NCBI GenBank assembly: GCA_947478845.1
Contig: CANJXC010000005.1
Coordinates: 80,246 to 144,245, forward strand
Direction: 5' to 3'
Source: Spirochaetales bacterium
GTDB taxonomy: Bacteria; Spirochaetota; Spirochaetia; JABEVK01
Length of the DNA stretch: 64,000 bases
Positions 36,904-46,506 of this stretch are shown piece after piece. The position numbers were made by a program, and so were the translations under genes. The notes below the pieces were generated by a model, which did not search any database, was not told the origin of the DNA, and saw nothing but the letters and a program-made list of their open reading frames with translations. The number at the start of each line of letters is the position of its first letter. Within the stretch, counting starts at the first letter, position 1.

Positions 36904-38100
36904 ATGCCCTTGTTTGTTCAGTTTGGCGCCGGGAACATTGGTCGGTCTTTTCTTGGCCGCCAGTTCTCGGAAGCAGGCTTCGAGGTGACGTTTGTCGATG
37001 TTGACCGGCGGCTGGTTGCTCTCCTGAACGAGCGGGGAAGCTATAGAGTTGTTGTCAAAGATCTCGATAAGCCCGATGAAACCAAGACAGTGTCGCCGGT
37101 GAGTGCCCTTTTGGGGACAGACCTCGAAGGAATCATCGATGCGGTTGTCAGGGCCGACTTCGTGGCCACCTCGGTAGGGCTCAGGGCCTTGGACTCTGTG
37201 CTTCCCGTGTTTGCCCGGGGGCTTATCGCGCGGGCAAAGGCAGGCCGACCCGACCTCGATGTGATCATCGCCGAGAATCTGAGATCTGGGGCTCAGCTTT
37301 ACCATGAAAAACTGCGGTCTTTGCTCGGTGACCAAGTTTCTGTGCTTGACCACCTCGGACTAGTGGAAACCAGCATCGGCAAAATGGTGCCCTTGATGCC
37401 GGCCGCCGCACTTGCAGAAGACCCTTTGCAACTGTTTGCGGAACCCTACGACACGCTCATCGTCGACCGCAAAGGCTTTCACCAAGCCCTCCCCCCTCTC
37501 AAAGGGCTCAAAGCCGTTGAAAACGTGACGGCCTACGTCGACCGAAAACTTTTCATGCACAACATGAGCCACGCAGCGGCTGCCTATTTCGGTTATGTCG
37601 CCGAGCCCGCGGCCAAGTACCTCTGGCAGGTGATGGAGAACCAAGCGGTGGTCAGCCGAGTCAGGTTGTGTTTGGATGAGAGCGCTGCGGCCCTTGCCTG
37701 CGTTTACCCCCAGGAGTTCAACGGTGCCGAACTGCAGCAACACGGATACGACCTCTTGGCGCGTTACCGCAATCGGGCGTTGGGCGACACGCTCCACCGG
37801 GTGGGGCGCGACCTAGGGCGCAAACTCGCCCGTGACGATCGGCTCATTGGCGCTTGCCTGCTCGCGGCCGAGGCGGGGCTCCCCTACCACCACCTCGCCG
37901 CCGCCGCCGCCGCGGCCCTAGTATTCCGGGCCCCCGACGAACAGGGGCAAATGCTCCCTGCCGACGCGCAGTTTGTTGCAAGGTTAGGCAGCGAGGGCTC
38001 ACGCGCCCTACTGCTTGCGACCTCAAAGCTCGACCCAACCAAGCCTCACGAGGCCGCCGTGCTTGAGACCATCCTGTTGGGGACAGACATGCTCAGGTGA
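36904..38100 (+). CDS. mtlD: mannitol-1-phosphate 5-dehydrogenase (MtlD)-family dehydrogenase
   Basis: N-terminal FVQFGAGNIGRSF. Regions VIIAENL and YVDRKLFMHNMSHAAAAYFGY align with E. coli MtlD. True start is ATG 36904. Confidence 0.75.
   Translation: MPLFVQFGAGNIGRSFLGRQFSEAGFEVTFVDVDRRLVALLNERGSYRVVVKDLDKPDETKTVSPVSALLGTDLEGIIDAVVRADFVATSVGLRALDSVLPVFARGLIARAKAGRPDLDVIIAENLRSGAQLYHEKLRSLLGDQVSVLDHLGLVETSIGKMVPLMPAAALAEDPLQLFAEPYDTLIVDRKGFHQALPPLKGLKAVENVTAYVDRKLFMHNMSHAAAAYFGYVAEPAAKYLWQVMENQAVVSRVRLCLDESAAALACVYPQEFNGAELQQHGYDLLARYRNRALGDTLHRVGRDLGRKLARDDRLIGACLLAAEAGLPYHHLAAAAAAALVFRAPDEQGQMLPADAQFVARLGSEGSRALLLATSKLDPTKPHEAAVLETILLGTDMLR
37114..37125 (+). repeat. dispersed word GGGACAGACCTC, copy 9 in mtlD-like gene
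   Basis: Exact 12/12. Encodes G-T-D-L. Confidence 0.9.
38079..38088 (+). repeat. dispersed word, partial copy 10 (GGGGACAGACat) at 3' end of mtlD-like gene
   Basis: 10 of 13 nt match. Confidence 0.5.
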
Positions 38101-38314
38101 GAAGACTTGCGGGGTTGAGTTCGCTCGATGTCGCTAGATGGTTGAGACACTTGGCGGCCACTCTCCGGTGGCCCAGGAAGCTGGCTTGGGCTTGGCCTTC
38201 CAGCTCAAGCCGTTCTGAAGAAACTCATTAAATCTCTTTTTTAGCCTCTAGGTTTTTGGGGTGTTTTTTTGGCACCGGATTGACATTTTAGAGGGAAAGC
38301 CCTAAAACAGGACA

Positions 38315-39721
38315 ATGCGTGAACGTACACACCCTGAGTTGGCCTGGGGAGTTGACCACCCTGAGCTCAAGCAGGCTCTCAGGTTCTGCCTCACTGCTGG
38401 GGCGTTCAACATCTTTTGGTTTGTGCTTGCAACGCCGCAACAAATCCTTACTGTACTAGTAAAAACCCACTTAGGGGGTAGTGCGTTTCTGCTCGGGATT
38501 CTTGTAGGCGGCGTCAACCTCGCGGGGGCTCTGAATCTTGCTTCAGTGATTCTTGTGGGAGTCTTCCGTGAGCGTCGGATGCTGTGGTTTTGGACCACGC
38601 TCTTCGCCCGCCTTTGCGCCTTTGCCGTGGCTGGAGCCGCTTTCTGGGTCGCGGCCGGGGGCCCGAAGAACCAGGCCGTACTGATCGTGATTATTGCTTC
38701 GGTGGCGTCTTCCATAGGAAACGCGCTTGGGGCTTCCGCCTGGTGGGCTTGGATGGGCGACCTGATTCCCGAAAACATCCGTGCAGGCTTTTTTGGCAAG
38801 CGGTCGGCGCTGGTGCAGACCATCAACATGGTGTTCTTCTTTCTGGCCACTCTGATGATCGACCGCTTTTTGCCGGTGGTCTTCGTGGTGTACGGATGCC
38901 TCTACCTGATTGCCGGCCTCGGAGGAACGCTGGAAGTTCTTACCCAGATCAGGGCCCCGGACCCTCTGCAGGGTAAGGTACCCAAACTTGACCTATCAAC
39001 CTTCCTGGTTCCCCTTAAGGACAAAACTTTCCGACGCTACTGCCTTACTGTGGGTAGTTTCCTGCTGTCGTTCAATCTGGTGGCACCCTTTCTAGCACCT
39101 TTTATTGTGGACCCTCACGGAGCGGGGGCCTCTCCTCTATGGCTGGGAATTGGGTTCGTGATTAGCCAAGGGACCTGGGTACTCGTGGTTCCTCACTGGG
39201 GGCGTCTGATGGACTCCATAGGTCGCCGCGCCGTGGTTGTGGTGGGCGGATTCTTTGTGGTCGCCTGGGTTGCCTACCTGTTCATGAACTCCACCAATTA
39301 CTGGTATTTGATTCCCCTTGCCTCTTTCATCGTAGGCCTTTTGGCCCCGGCCTATTGGGAAGGCATCACCCAGTTCATGGTCACCCTATCGCATCCTGAC
39401 CACCGCACCGCCTATGCGGGCTGGTTTTGGACTTGGTTTGGCCTGACGGCGGCCGTGGGACCCGTTATCGGCGGGGCCGCCTACGACCTGCTGGAGGCCA
39501 CCCCTATGGTGATTGGCCAGGTTTCTTTCCAGCCGCTTCAAGTGCTCATTGTTGCGGCCATTTTGCTCACTTCCACCGCCCAGCTCACTCTTGCCCGTAT
39601 GCGCTCACCCCAACGTCCCACCGACAGCGTGCGTAGCCTGCTTTCCACGCTCCTGAGCGCCGAGACCCTGCAGACTATCACCGGAAACGTGCTGTTTTGG
39701 CGCCGGCCTCCGCGAGAGTAG
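38315..39721 (+). CDS. MFS-type transporter
   Basis: 468 aa, 12 or more predicted TM. Sugar-transporter-like loop GKRSALVQ. Confidence 0.8.
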   Translation: MRERTHPELAWGVDHPELKQALRFCLTAGAFNIFWFVLATPQQILTVLVKTHLGGSAFLLGILVGGVNLAGALNLASVILVGVFRERRMLWFWTTLFARLCAFAVAGAAFWVAAGGPKNQAVLIVIIASVASSIGNALGASAWWAWMGDLIPENIRAGFFGKRSALVQTINMVFFFLATLMIDRFLPVVFVVYGCLYLIAGLGGTLEVLTQIRAPDPLQGKVPKLDLSTFLVPLKDKTFRRYCLTVGSFLLSFNLVAPFLAPFIVDPHGAGASPLWLGIGFVISQGTWVLVVPHWGRLMDSIGRRAVVVVGGFFVVAWVAYLFMNSTNYWYLIPLASFIVGLLAPAYWEGITQFMVTLSHPDHRTAYAGWFWTWFGLTAAVGPVIGGAAYDLLEATPMVIGQVSFQPLQVLIVAAILLTSTAQLTLARMRSPQRPTDSVRSLLSTLLSAETLQTITGNVLFWRRPPRE

Positions 39722-39726
39722 GGCTC

Positions 39727-39753
39727 AAGTTGACCAACTGAGTTGGTCAACTT
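39727..39753 (+). promoter_or_regulatory. 27-bp perfect palindrome AAGTTGACCAAC-tga-GTTGGTCAACTT overlapping a -35-like TTGACC; probable Phd/YefM autoregulatory operator
   Basis: The 12-bp arms are perfect. It lies 12 nt upstream of the antitoxin ATG. TACACT is a -10-like element 17 nt after TTGACC. Confidence 0.55.
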
Positions 39754-39764
39754 ACACTTGGGGA

Positions 39765-39995
39765 ATGAGTACCGTCACCATTCATCAGGCGAAGGCACGG
39801 CTTTCGGCCCTGATCGAACAGTCCCTGCAAGGCGAGGAAGTCATCATCGCGCGCAGGAACAAGCCGCTGGTCAGGCTTGTCCCTCTCGAGCCAACTCAAC
39901 TCGGCGAGCGCGAGCTTGGTACCGCCGAGGGCATGGTGTGGATGGCTGAGGACTTCGACGAGACACCGGAGGGCTTCGAGGAGTACATACCGTGA
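39765..39995 (+). CDS. yefM: Phd/YefM-family type II antitoxin
   Basis: 76 aa. TIHQAKARLSALIEQSLQGEEVIIARRNKPLVRLVP is the canonical Phd/YefM fold sequence. Confidence 0.85.
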   Translation: MSTVTIHQAKARLSALIEQSLQGEEVIIARRNKPLVRLVPLEPTQLGERELGTAEGMVWMAEDFDETPEGFEEYIP

Positions 39996-40054
39996 ACCTC
40001 CTGATCGACACCCACATCTTCCTGTGGGCTGTCTTCGAGGACCCCTTCGATTGA
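39992..40054 (+). pseudogene. remnant of a vapC (PIN) toxin gene: 20 codons (VNLLIDTHIFLWAVFEDPFD) then stop
   Basis: A GTG overlaps the antitoxin stop, as expected for phd-vapC coupling. The classic PIN N-terminus is truncated at a TGA after 20 codons. Confidence 0.5.
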
Positions 40055-40593
40055 GGTTGCTTGCCGAGAACTGCCAACTGCTGGTGATCGACCTCCAGGA
40101 GCGCCTGCTGCCGGTGATGCACGAACGTGAGGCCCTGCTTGAAAGGATCGATGTTCTCTTGCAAGGGACAGACCTGCTGGGACTGCCGGTGGTAGTCAGC
40201 GAGCAGTACCCTAAGGGTCTCGGTCCCACCTCGCAAGCGGTATTGGCTCGGGTGGACGCGGCGCCGGTCTTCGCTAAAGTCAGTTTCAGCGTCTACGACG
40301 ACCCAAGTTTGAAGGCCGCCCTCGAAGCCAATGGACGCACAACGGTGGTGGTGTGCGGAATCGAGGCCCATGTTTGCGTTCTGCAGTCGGCACTCGACCT
40401 TCTGGCCGCCGGTTACACGGTGGTGGTGGTGGCCGACGCCATTTCGAGTCGTCAAGGTTCCGATGTTTTTCGGTCCTTGGCCCGCATGCAGGCCGAAGGA
40501 GCCGTGATAACCTCAGTGGAGTCGTTGCTCTTCGAGCTGACGCGCACCTCGGGAACGCCGCTGTTCAAGGCGATTTCGGCCCTGGTGAAGTAG
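40051..40593 (+). CDS. isochorismatase-family cysteine hydrolase
   Basis: Motifs LLVIDLQ and VVVCGIEAHVCVLQSALDL. Probable TTG start overlapping the vapC-remnant stop. Confidence 0.8.
   Translation: MRLLAENCQLLVIDLQERLLPVMHEREALLERIDVLLQGTDLLGLPVVVSEQYPKGLGPTSQAVLARVDAAPVFAKVSFSVYDDPSLKAALEANGRTTVVVCGIEAHVCVLQSALDLLAAGYTVVVVADAISSRQGSDVFRSLARMQAEGAVITSVESLLFELTRTSGTPLFKAISALVK
40165..40175 (+). repeat. dispersed word, copy 11 (11/12: GGGACAGACCTg) in isochorismatase gene
   Basis: Encodes G-T-D-L. Confidence 0.8.
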
Positions 40594-40631
40594 GCGTTAG
40601 GAAGCCAGCCCAGTTGCCTACGCGGAAAGGC

Positions 40632-42467
40632 TTAGGTCCGGTCTAGCAAAGCTTTCAGCGTTTCTATGGGTACCTTAGGTTCCCGATCCATCGTGAGCAA
40701 TCCGTTTACCTCTTGAAAAACATCAGTAAGTTGGGTGTAACAGTAGCCACGAATCCAAGGGAGCTGACGGAAGGCCTCCAACACTCCTGAGAGACGCTCG
40801 ACAAACTTTTCTTGATTCTCCACTGGCCCGAAATAGCCCCAGTGGCTGGCCCGGTCGTCCCGGAATCCTATTCCGCCAAACTCCGTGATGAGTATCGGCT
40901 CACCGCGATAGCTGTACCCAGGCGCATAGATCAGTCTATCGGCAAAACAACTCGACAAAGAAGCCGCCAGATCTCGGGTCTTCTCAACAAACCTCGTTCC
41001 ATCTGCTTCGTAATCGTGGATTGCGCAGAAGTCGGATACCGTTTGCTCCCATCCATCGTTGGAACTTACCAACCGGGTCGGGTCGGTCGATTTGACCAAA
41101 TAATAGAGTGCCAAGGAGAACCGCTGTTGCGCCTCTTGGGTTCGAATCAGAGGGGTTCCCCAGGATTCATTTAACGTGACCCAAGTTACGATGGAGGGAT
41201 GGTTGTAATCCCTGTTGATGAACTCGGTCATTTCTCCAACGAGATTTTCCATCGATACCGAGGAAAAATCGTAGTTGCTGGGTAGTTCTCCCCAAACCAG
41301 GAATCCGAGGCGGTCCGCATGATAATAGTAGCGCGGATCCTCGATTTTTTGATGTTTGCGCGCACCGTTGAAGCCCATTGCCCTAGCCAGTTCGATGTCA
41401 CGGATGAGGGCAGCATCGTCGGGGGCCGTCATCAAGCTATCAGGCCAATAGCCTTGATCGAGAATCAACTTTTGTCGCAAGGGTGAACCGTTGAGCAGGA
41501 TAAGGTCGCCTGCGACTTCGATAGACCGCAGGCCGAAATAACTCTTGACCCGGTCGCTTTCGTGTCCTGTTAACAGAAGAATAAACTCCACATCGTAGAG
41601 ATTGGGAGTCCGGGGGCTCCAAAGTTTCACCGAGTCGTAGAACTGACCATGCTTGAGGTCCAACGAAAACTGTGTCACATTAGGGGTCAGAGAAACTGTC
41701 GTTTCACAAACCAAATGGTTCTCAAACCTCACATTCACCTTGAGTTGCAACTCAGGAGAGCCGGCTAAGGCTCCGGCCAACTTTACTTCCAACCGCACAG
41801 CATTCTTCGGTAGGTCTGCCGTAAAGCGGACCCCTTGCAGCCATACTCTACCAACTGCCTCCAGCCAAACGCTCTGCCAGATGCCCGAGGTCGCCCAGTA
41901 CCAACAAGCTTCAGGCTCCTGTTTCCAGATCTGTTTCCCACGGGGCTGAGTGCAGTCAAAGTGGTCTTCTACCCGTACTGTTAGGGTGTTTCCCGTGGTC
42001 TTGAGGGCGTCGGTGACATCGAAGTCAAAGGGAGTACTGCCACCCCGGTGGTTGCCAATTTCCTTGCCATTGACCCAGACCCTCGCCTCGTAGTCGACGG
42101 CACCGAACTTGAGAAGCACACGTTGCTGGAGGTAAGTCTCAGGCAGATCAAAGGACCGGGAATACCAAAGAACCTCATGCATGGAAGTATCGCCGAGCCC
42201 GCTTGCCTTGCTCTGGTAGCAAAACGGGACCGTGATTAGCTTGTTCAGCCCCCCCGACCGAGCTGGATCTTCAAACCAGCGCTGCGTGACACCGACGTTT
42301 TTATCGTCGTAACCGAACTCCCAGGTTCCATTGAGATTCAACCAGTTCGACCGTTCGAAGTCGGGACGTGGTGCTTCGGGCCTTGGGAGGGTTTTTGCCG
42401 GGATTTTAACGTTTGTTGAGCTCAATTCAAACCTCTGGTTGGTGGATGGGGGCGGGCCGGGAATCAT
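40632..42467 (-). CDS. glycoside hydrolase family 2 (beta-galactosidase/beta-glucuronidase/beta-mannosidase type)
   Basis: Sugar-binding, Ig-like and TIM-barrel domains. Motif NHPSIVTWVTLNES. Start uncertain (annotated 42482). Confidence 0.85.
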   Translation of the reverse strand: MIPGPPPSTNQRFELSSTNVKIPAKTLPRPEAPRPDFERSNWLNLNGTWEFGYDDKNVGVTQRWFEDPARSGGLNKLITVPFCYQSKASGLGDTSMHEVLWYSRSFDLPETYLQQRVLLKFGAVDYEARVWVNGKEIGNHRGGSTPFDFDVTDALKTTGNTLTVRVEDHFDCTQPRGKQIWKQEPEACWYWATSGIWQSVWLEAVGRVWLQGVRFTADLPKNAVRLEVKLAGALAGSPELQLKVNVRFENHLVCETTVSLTPNVTQFSLDLKHGQFYDSVKLWSPRTPNLYDVEFILLLTGHESDRVKSYFGLRSIEVAGDLILLNGSPLRQKLILDQGYWPDSLMTAPDDAALIRDIELARAMGFNGARKHQKIEDPRYYYHADRLGFLVWGELPSNYDFSSVSMENLVGEMTEFINRDYNHPSIVTWVTLNESWGTPLIRTQEAQQRFSLALYYLVKSTDPTRLVSSNDGWEQTVSDFCAIHDYEADGTRFVEKTRDLAASLSSCFADRLIYAPGYSYRGEPILITEFGGIGFRDDRASHWGYFGPVENQEKFVERLSGVLEAFRQLPWIRGYCYTQLTDVFQEVNGLLTMDREPKVPIETLKALLDRT

Positions 42468-43455
42468 CACTGACGCCCCCAAACAGGATTTTGCCTGCTG
42501 AAAACTTTATGGGGTCGATATGGACGCTCCGTGCGCCTAGGCGGTCGCCGATATTCGGGGCGGTCCAGGCATGGTAGACCAGCCACATTGCTCCGGAGTC
42601 GTCCGCAACGATGCACTGGTGGCCTGGGCCGGCCACGGAGCGCTCAGAAAATACGAGGGGATTCTCAGGATCTTTCACAAAGGGTCCCGTAGCCGACGAG
42701 GAAGTCGCGTATCCAATTGCATAGGAATCGCTGGCAAAATCTCCGGCGGAGTATAAAAGGTAGTAAATCTTGTCTTCATAGTGCATGGTCGGCGCTTCGA
42801 CGACGCTGCCCTCCCAAAGCTTGGTATTAAACAGTAACTGCGTGGGCTCGCCAAGCAGGTTAAGGCCGTCTTCCGTGAGCTTTTGCACGTAGAGGTTCGT
42901 GTATTGGCCGACGGCATTCCCGTCGTTCTTCCAATACAAATACAGCTGGCCATCGGTATCCCGGAAGGGACTGGCGTCTATGCTACCTCCGGCACTGGTT
43001 TGGTTGACCAAGGGCCCGGTCGAGCGGTCGACGAATGGTCCCTGAGGCGCACTCGAGAAGGCCACGCTGACGCATTGAACATTGGTTGCCTTGTCCCTCA
43101 CGGTATAATAGAGCAGGAACCCGCCCAAAACTGCAATCACCTCAGGGGCCCATGTGAGACCCTTCCTCGCCCAGCTAGGTAAAACAGGTAAGGCATCCTT
43201 GCCCAGTTGCCAGCTCACCAAGTTATGACTGGTCGCGTATTGCACGTTGCCTTGGGTACCGTTGGTGGCGTACAGGTGGTATTCTCCCGCGACTTTCAAC
43301 ACGAAGGGATCAGGGAAGTTTCCCCTTAGTACCGGGTTCAAGTAACTCCCGGTCGAAGCGTTGTTCAACGTTTCCATTTTAACCACCTTGTTACTTGCGC
43401 AAGAAACCAAACAGGCCAATGTCAAAACCACGAGAACGGTAGTTTTGAAGGTCAT
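42427..43455 (-). CDS. glycoside hydrolase family 43 lipoprotein (beta-xylosidase/arabinanase-like)
   Basis: Lipobox LACLVSCAS. GH43 five-bladed propeller motifs (FPDPFV, WAPEV). ATGA overlap with the upstream GH gene. Confidence 0.85.
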   Translation of the reverse strand: MTFKTTVLVVLTLACLVSCASNKVVKMETLNNASTGSYLNPVLRGNFPDPFVLKVAGEYHLYATNGTQGNVQYATSHNLVSWQLGKDALPVLPSWARKGLTWAPEVIAVLGGFLLYYTVRDKATNVQCVSVAFSSAPQGPFVDRSTGPLVNQTSAGGSIDASPFRDTDGQLYLYWKNDGNAVGQYTNLYVQKLTEDGLNLLGEPTQLLFNTKLWEGSVVEAPTMHYEDKIYYLLYSAGDFASDSYAIGYATSSSATGPFVKDPENPLVFSERSVAGPGHQCIVADDSGAMWLVYHAWTAPNIGDRLGARSVHIDPIKFSAGKILFGGVSDDSRPAPIHQPEV

Positions 43456-44723
43456 GGTAGCTCCGGCTCTTTGATAGGCAGTCCGAGTATCTTGACTGGA
43501 AAGGGAACCAGACCGGAAGAAACAGGACGACCGGCTTTCACAACCTTGCGAAAGGAGCCCACAAGCGAACCCGGGTCTCTGTCGGCAGAAGTCGGTTTCC
43601 CATGCCAAAGGCCCGAGGGGGAAACGTGGCCCTGAAGTCGGGTCAAGCCGGAATCCCAGTCCACGTGATCAAACAGTGGCCACCAAGTTAAACCTACTAC
43701 GGGGAGGCCTTCATCAAGGGCTTGAGAGACCTCTGATACACAGTATTCCAGCCAGGCTTCCTGATGGCTCGTCGAGCTGGTTTCGGCGAGGTAGAGCGGC
43801 CTGCGGTATCGCGCGCAATAGGTGCGCAGGATAGTTAGGATTCCAACAGGTTCACCTTGGGGCAGCATGGCAAAATCACTACGTCGCCCCCAGTCCCCAG
43901 GGTCTTTCGGCCCAAGGGGCAGGTAGATCTCGTGCTCGCTGCCGGGGTAGTAGTCGATACCCACAACGTCGATTCTACACGGTTTTTCCACACATTCCTG
44001 CAACCACCCGGCATCAACGCCATGGTGGGTGAGAAATCGCCACGAGGCGGAGTCGGTTGTGGTTTTGCCCAGCAGGATATCGAGGGGAAGGAAACGAAGG
44101 TTCGTCAGCTCGAAGGCAAGCGCTTCAAGGGCCTCCGAGCCAGCCGCGCAACGGAACTCATCAGCCCCATCGTTAAGCCATATCTCAATCTCAGGGCGAA
44201 CCTCGTGCAGCGCGGCAACGGTCGTCCTCACTCCTTCAATCAAAGGAACCAGTTGGCGCACAAACCCTTCAAAACTTAGTTCATAAGGCGGCCAAGTACC
44301 GTTTCCACCTCGAAAATAGGCGCAGATGTAGGGTTCGTTGAATGGGGTAAACCGCTTGAGACTCGGGTATCGCCTCGCAATTTCCCGGGCAAATTGGGCG
44401 ACACATTCAGGATACTGAGGGTTAAGGAAACCGTCGGCTAGCCAGCTCGGGCAGCCAAAATGCACCAGATCCCAAACTGCCGAAATTCCCAACCCATCAA
44501 GGGCGCCCACTGCCTCATCGGCCAAGGCCCACTGGTACTGATAGCGCTCGGGCTCCAGGAGGGCCCAGGGCAGACCATACCGTATGGCTTTAACCCCGGT
44601 TTCCGCAGCCAAGCTTAGGTCTTTGGTGATCTGAGTGTAGTGCCCTGTCATTGCCAACTCGTCTACACCCAGTTCAGGCAACGAACTGTTTTCAATCCCG
44701 GTCAACCATAGAAACTCGCTCAT
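43452..44723 (-). CDS. clan GH-A (GH1/GH5-like) glycoside hydrolase
   Basis: 423 aa. FNEP (acid/base NEP) and LAETS (candidate nucleophile Glu) in a (beta/alpha)8 pattern. Family assignment is uncertain. Confidence 0.5.
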   Translation of the reverse strand: MSEFLWLTGIENSSLPELGVDELAMTGHYTQITKDLSLAAETGVKAIRYGLPWALLEPERYQYQWALADEAVGALDGLGISAVWDLVHFGCPSWLADGFLNPQYPECVAQFAREIARRYPSLKRFTPFNEPYICAYFRGGNGTWPPYELSFEGFVRQLVPLIEGVRTTVAALHEVRPEIEIWLNDGADEFRCAAGSEALEALAFELTNLRFLPLDILLGKTTTDSASWRFLTHHGVDAGWLQECVEKPCRIDVVGIDYYPGSEHEIYLPLGPKDPGDWGRRSDFAMLPQGEPVGILTILRTYCARYRRPLYLAETSSTSHQEAWLEYCVSEVSQALDEGLPVVGLTWWPLFDHVDWDSGLTRLQGHVSPSGLWHGKPTSADRDPGSLVGSFRKVVKAGRPVSSGLVPFPVKILGLPIKEPELP

Positions 44724-45580
44724 TCCTTGCTCCCTGAGAGGCTCATCCCTCTCTCCAAATGCCGTTGGGCCAAAACGTAAGCAATGATTACAGGAATCGC
44801 CGTCAAAGCCGTCGCCGCCATTAGTTTTCCGTAATCGGTGTTGTAGCGACTCGAAAAGGAAGAGATTCCCACGGGAAGAGTTTGCATGTCACCGTGCATC
44901 ACAAACAGCGGCCAAGTGTAGTTGTTCCAGCAGGCCATGAAGGAAAAGACCAACAAAGTCACCAAGGCGGGGACCGACATGGGAACTAAGATTCGCAAGA
45001 AAACCTTCAAGCTACTCGCACCGTCCATTACGGCCGCTTCCTCCAATTCCCGGGGTATGCCCAGGAAAAACTGGCGGAGGAGGAACACCCCGAAAGCATC
45101 GCTGACGCCAGGCCAAATCATAGCGTTATAGGTATCGATCCACTCAAGCCGAATCATCAGGATATACGAGGGTATCAGAGTGACTACACCCGGTATCATC
45201 ATGCTCGACAAAATGAACCAAAACCAGAGTTCACGCCCTCGAAACTTCATTCTAGCGAGAGGGAAGGCAGCGAGCGCGCAGAACAGCAGATGGAAACCAG
45301 CATACATCGTGGCAGTGAAAACCGAGTTCCAAAGCCAGCGTAAGAGGTTCCCATCGGGGGAGGTTAGAACTTCCAGAAAGTTCCCTAGGGTGGGCCGATA
45401 GGGCCACCACTGGACAGGTCGCGCCAAGGTGTCGGACTCGGGCTTAAACGAAGTGTTCAGCATCCAATAGATGGGCAAAAGGAAAACCAAGGCGAAAAAG
45501 ATCAGCACCGAAAAGCGAAGCAACTGCCGGGCGGATTTCTTCACAACCGCACCCGTTTCGCGTCGCGAGCATTGAGCCAA
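44720..45580 (-). CDS. carbohydrate ABC transporter permease (CUT1, MalG-like)
   Basis: EAA loop LEEAAVMDGAS. Six TM. Start may be an internal GTG, since the annotated start overlaps the upstream gene by 40 nt. Confidence 0.9.
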   Translation of the reverse strand: MAQCSRRETGAVVKKSARQLLRFSVLIFFALVFLLPIYWMLNTSFKPESDTLARPVQWWPYRPTLGNFLEVLTSPDGNLLRWLWNSVFTATMYAGFHLLFCALAAFPLARMKFRGRELWFWFILSSMMIPGVVTLIPSYILMIRLEWIDTYNAMIWPGVSDAFGVFLLRQFFLGIPRELEEAAVMDGASSLKVFLRILVPMSVPALVTLLVFSFMACWNNYTWPLFVMHGDMQTLPVGISSFSSRYNTDYGKLMAATALTAIPVIIAYVLAQRHLERGMSLSGSKE

Positions 45581-46473
45581 AACTGAACCGCAGTAAACAC
45601 CAGCATGATCAGGCCAAAGACGAAGGCCATCGCAGCCGCACTAGAATACTGATTGTTTCCAAAAGCCTCTTCGGTGATATACATGATCACTGATTGCGTC
45701 GACCGCGTGGGCCCGCCGCCGGTAATGAGCAACGATTGCCCAAATAGCTGAAAACTTCCCAGGACCGTTGTCACGGTGACGAAGAGCGTCGTCTGGGAGA
45801 GCATGGGTACGGTTATTTTCGTAAATTGGGCCCAAGATCCGGCTCCGTCCATTTCAGCAGCCTCATAAAGCGAGCGGGAAATATTACCAATGGCAGCCAG
45901 ATAGATTGTCATATTAAATCCCACAGACCACCACAGCGTTCCGAGAACGATCGGCACCCAAGCTGCTCCTTCGGTGGTGAGCCATGCGACCGCTGTTCCG
46001 CCCAAGACCTCTGTGAGGACGACATTGATCAAACCGGCTTGGTTGGCAAACATCCAGCGCCAAAGGATGCTGATCACCGAAACAGATAGGACCCCTGGAA
46101 GAAAAAAAACGGCGCGGAAGAAGTTTCGCCCTCGGATCGGTTTGTAGACCAGATTGGCTAGCCCCAGTGCCGAACCCACCAGAAGGGGTACGGAAACTGC
46201 AACAAAACCTAAAGTGTTCGCGAGTGTCTTCCAGAAAAACTCGTTTTGGGGGGTTCCCTTGGAAAAAAGCTCCCAATAATGTTCTGCGCCAACAAAAGGA
46301 ATGGTGTCTCTTAAAGGATCCCAGCGGACCATGCTGATATAGACCCCAAAGAACAGGGGAAAAATTATGAAACCAAGAAAGAAAAGGGCATGGGGCAACA
46401 GGTACAGCCACGGCGTCCATGACCTCTCAAAGTTCACGCCGGCCTTCCTGTTCACCCGTTGCTCCCGCCTCAT
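45541..46473 (-). CDS. carbohydrate ABC transporter permease (CUT1, MalF-like)
   Basis: EAA loop YEAAEMDGAGS. 310 aa. Confidence 0.9.
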   Translation of the reverse strand: MRREQRVNRKAGVNFERSWTPWLYLLPHALFFLGFIIFPLFFGVYISMVRWDPLRDTIPFVGAEHYWELFSKGTPQNEFFWKTLANTLGFVAVSVPLLVGSALGLANLVYKPIRGRNFFRAVFFLPGVLSVSVISILWRWMFANQAGLINVVLTEVLGGTAVAWLTTEGAAWVPIVLGTLWWSVGFNMTIYLAAIGNISRSLYEAAEMDGAGSWAQFTKITVPMLSQTTLFVTVTTVLGSFQLFGQSLLITGGGPTRSTQSVIMYITEEAFGNNQYSSAAAMAFVFGLIMLVFTAVQFWLNARDAKRVRL

Positions 46474-46506
46474 CTACTTTGTTCCTTATCTTCTCCTGTC
46501 ATCCGG

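Noticed and set aside
38150-38260. Rho-independent terminator after the mtlD-like gene
   Set aside because: Only a 6-bp stem (AGCTGG/CCAGCT) with a 15-nt loop precedes the T-run. That is too weak to call.
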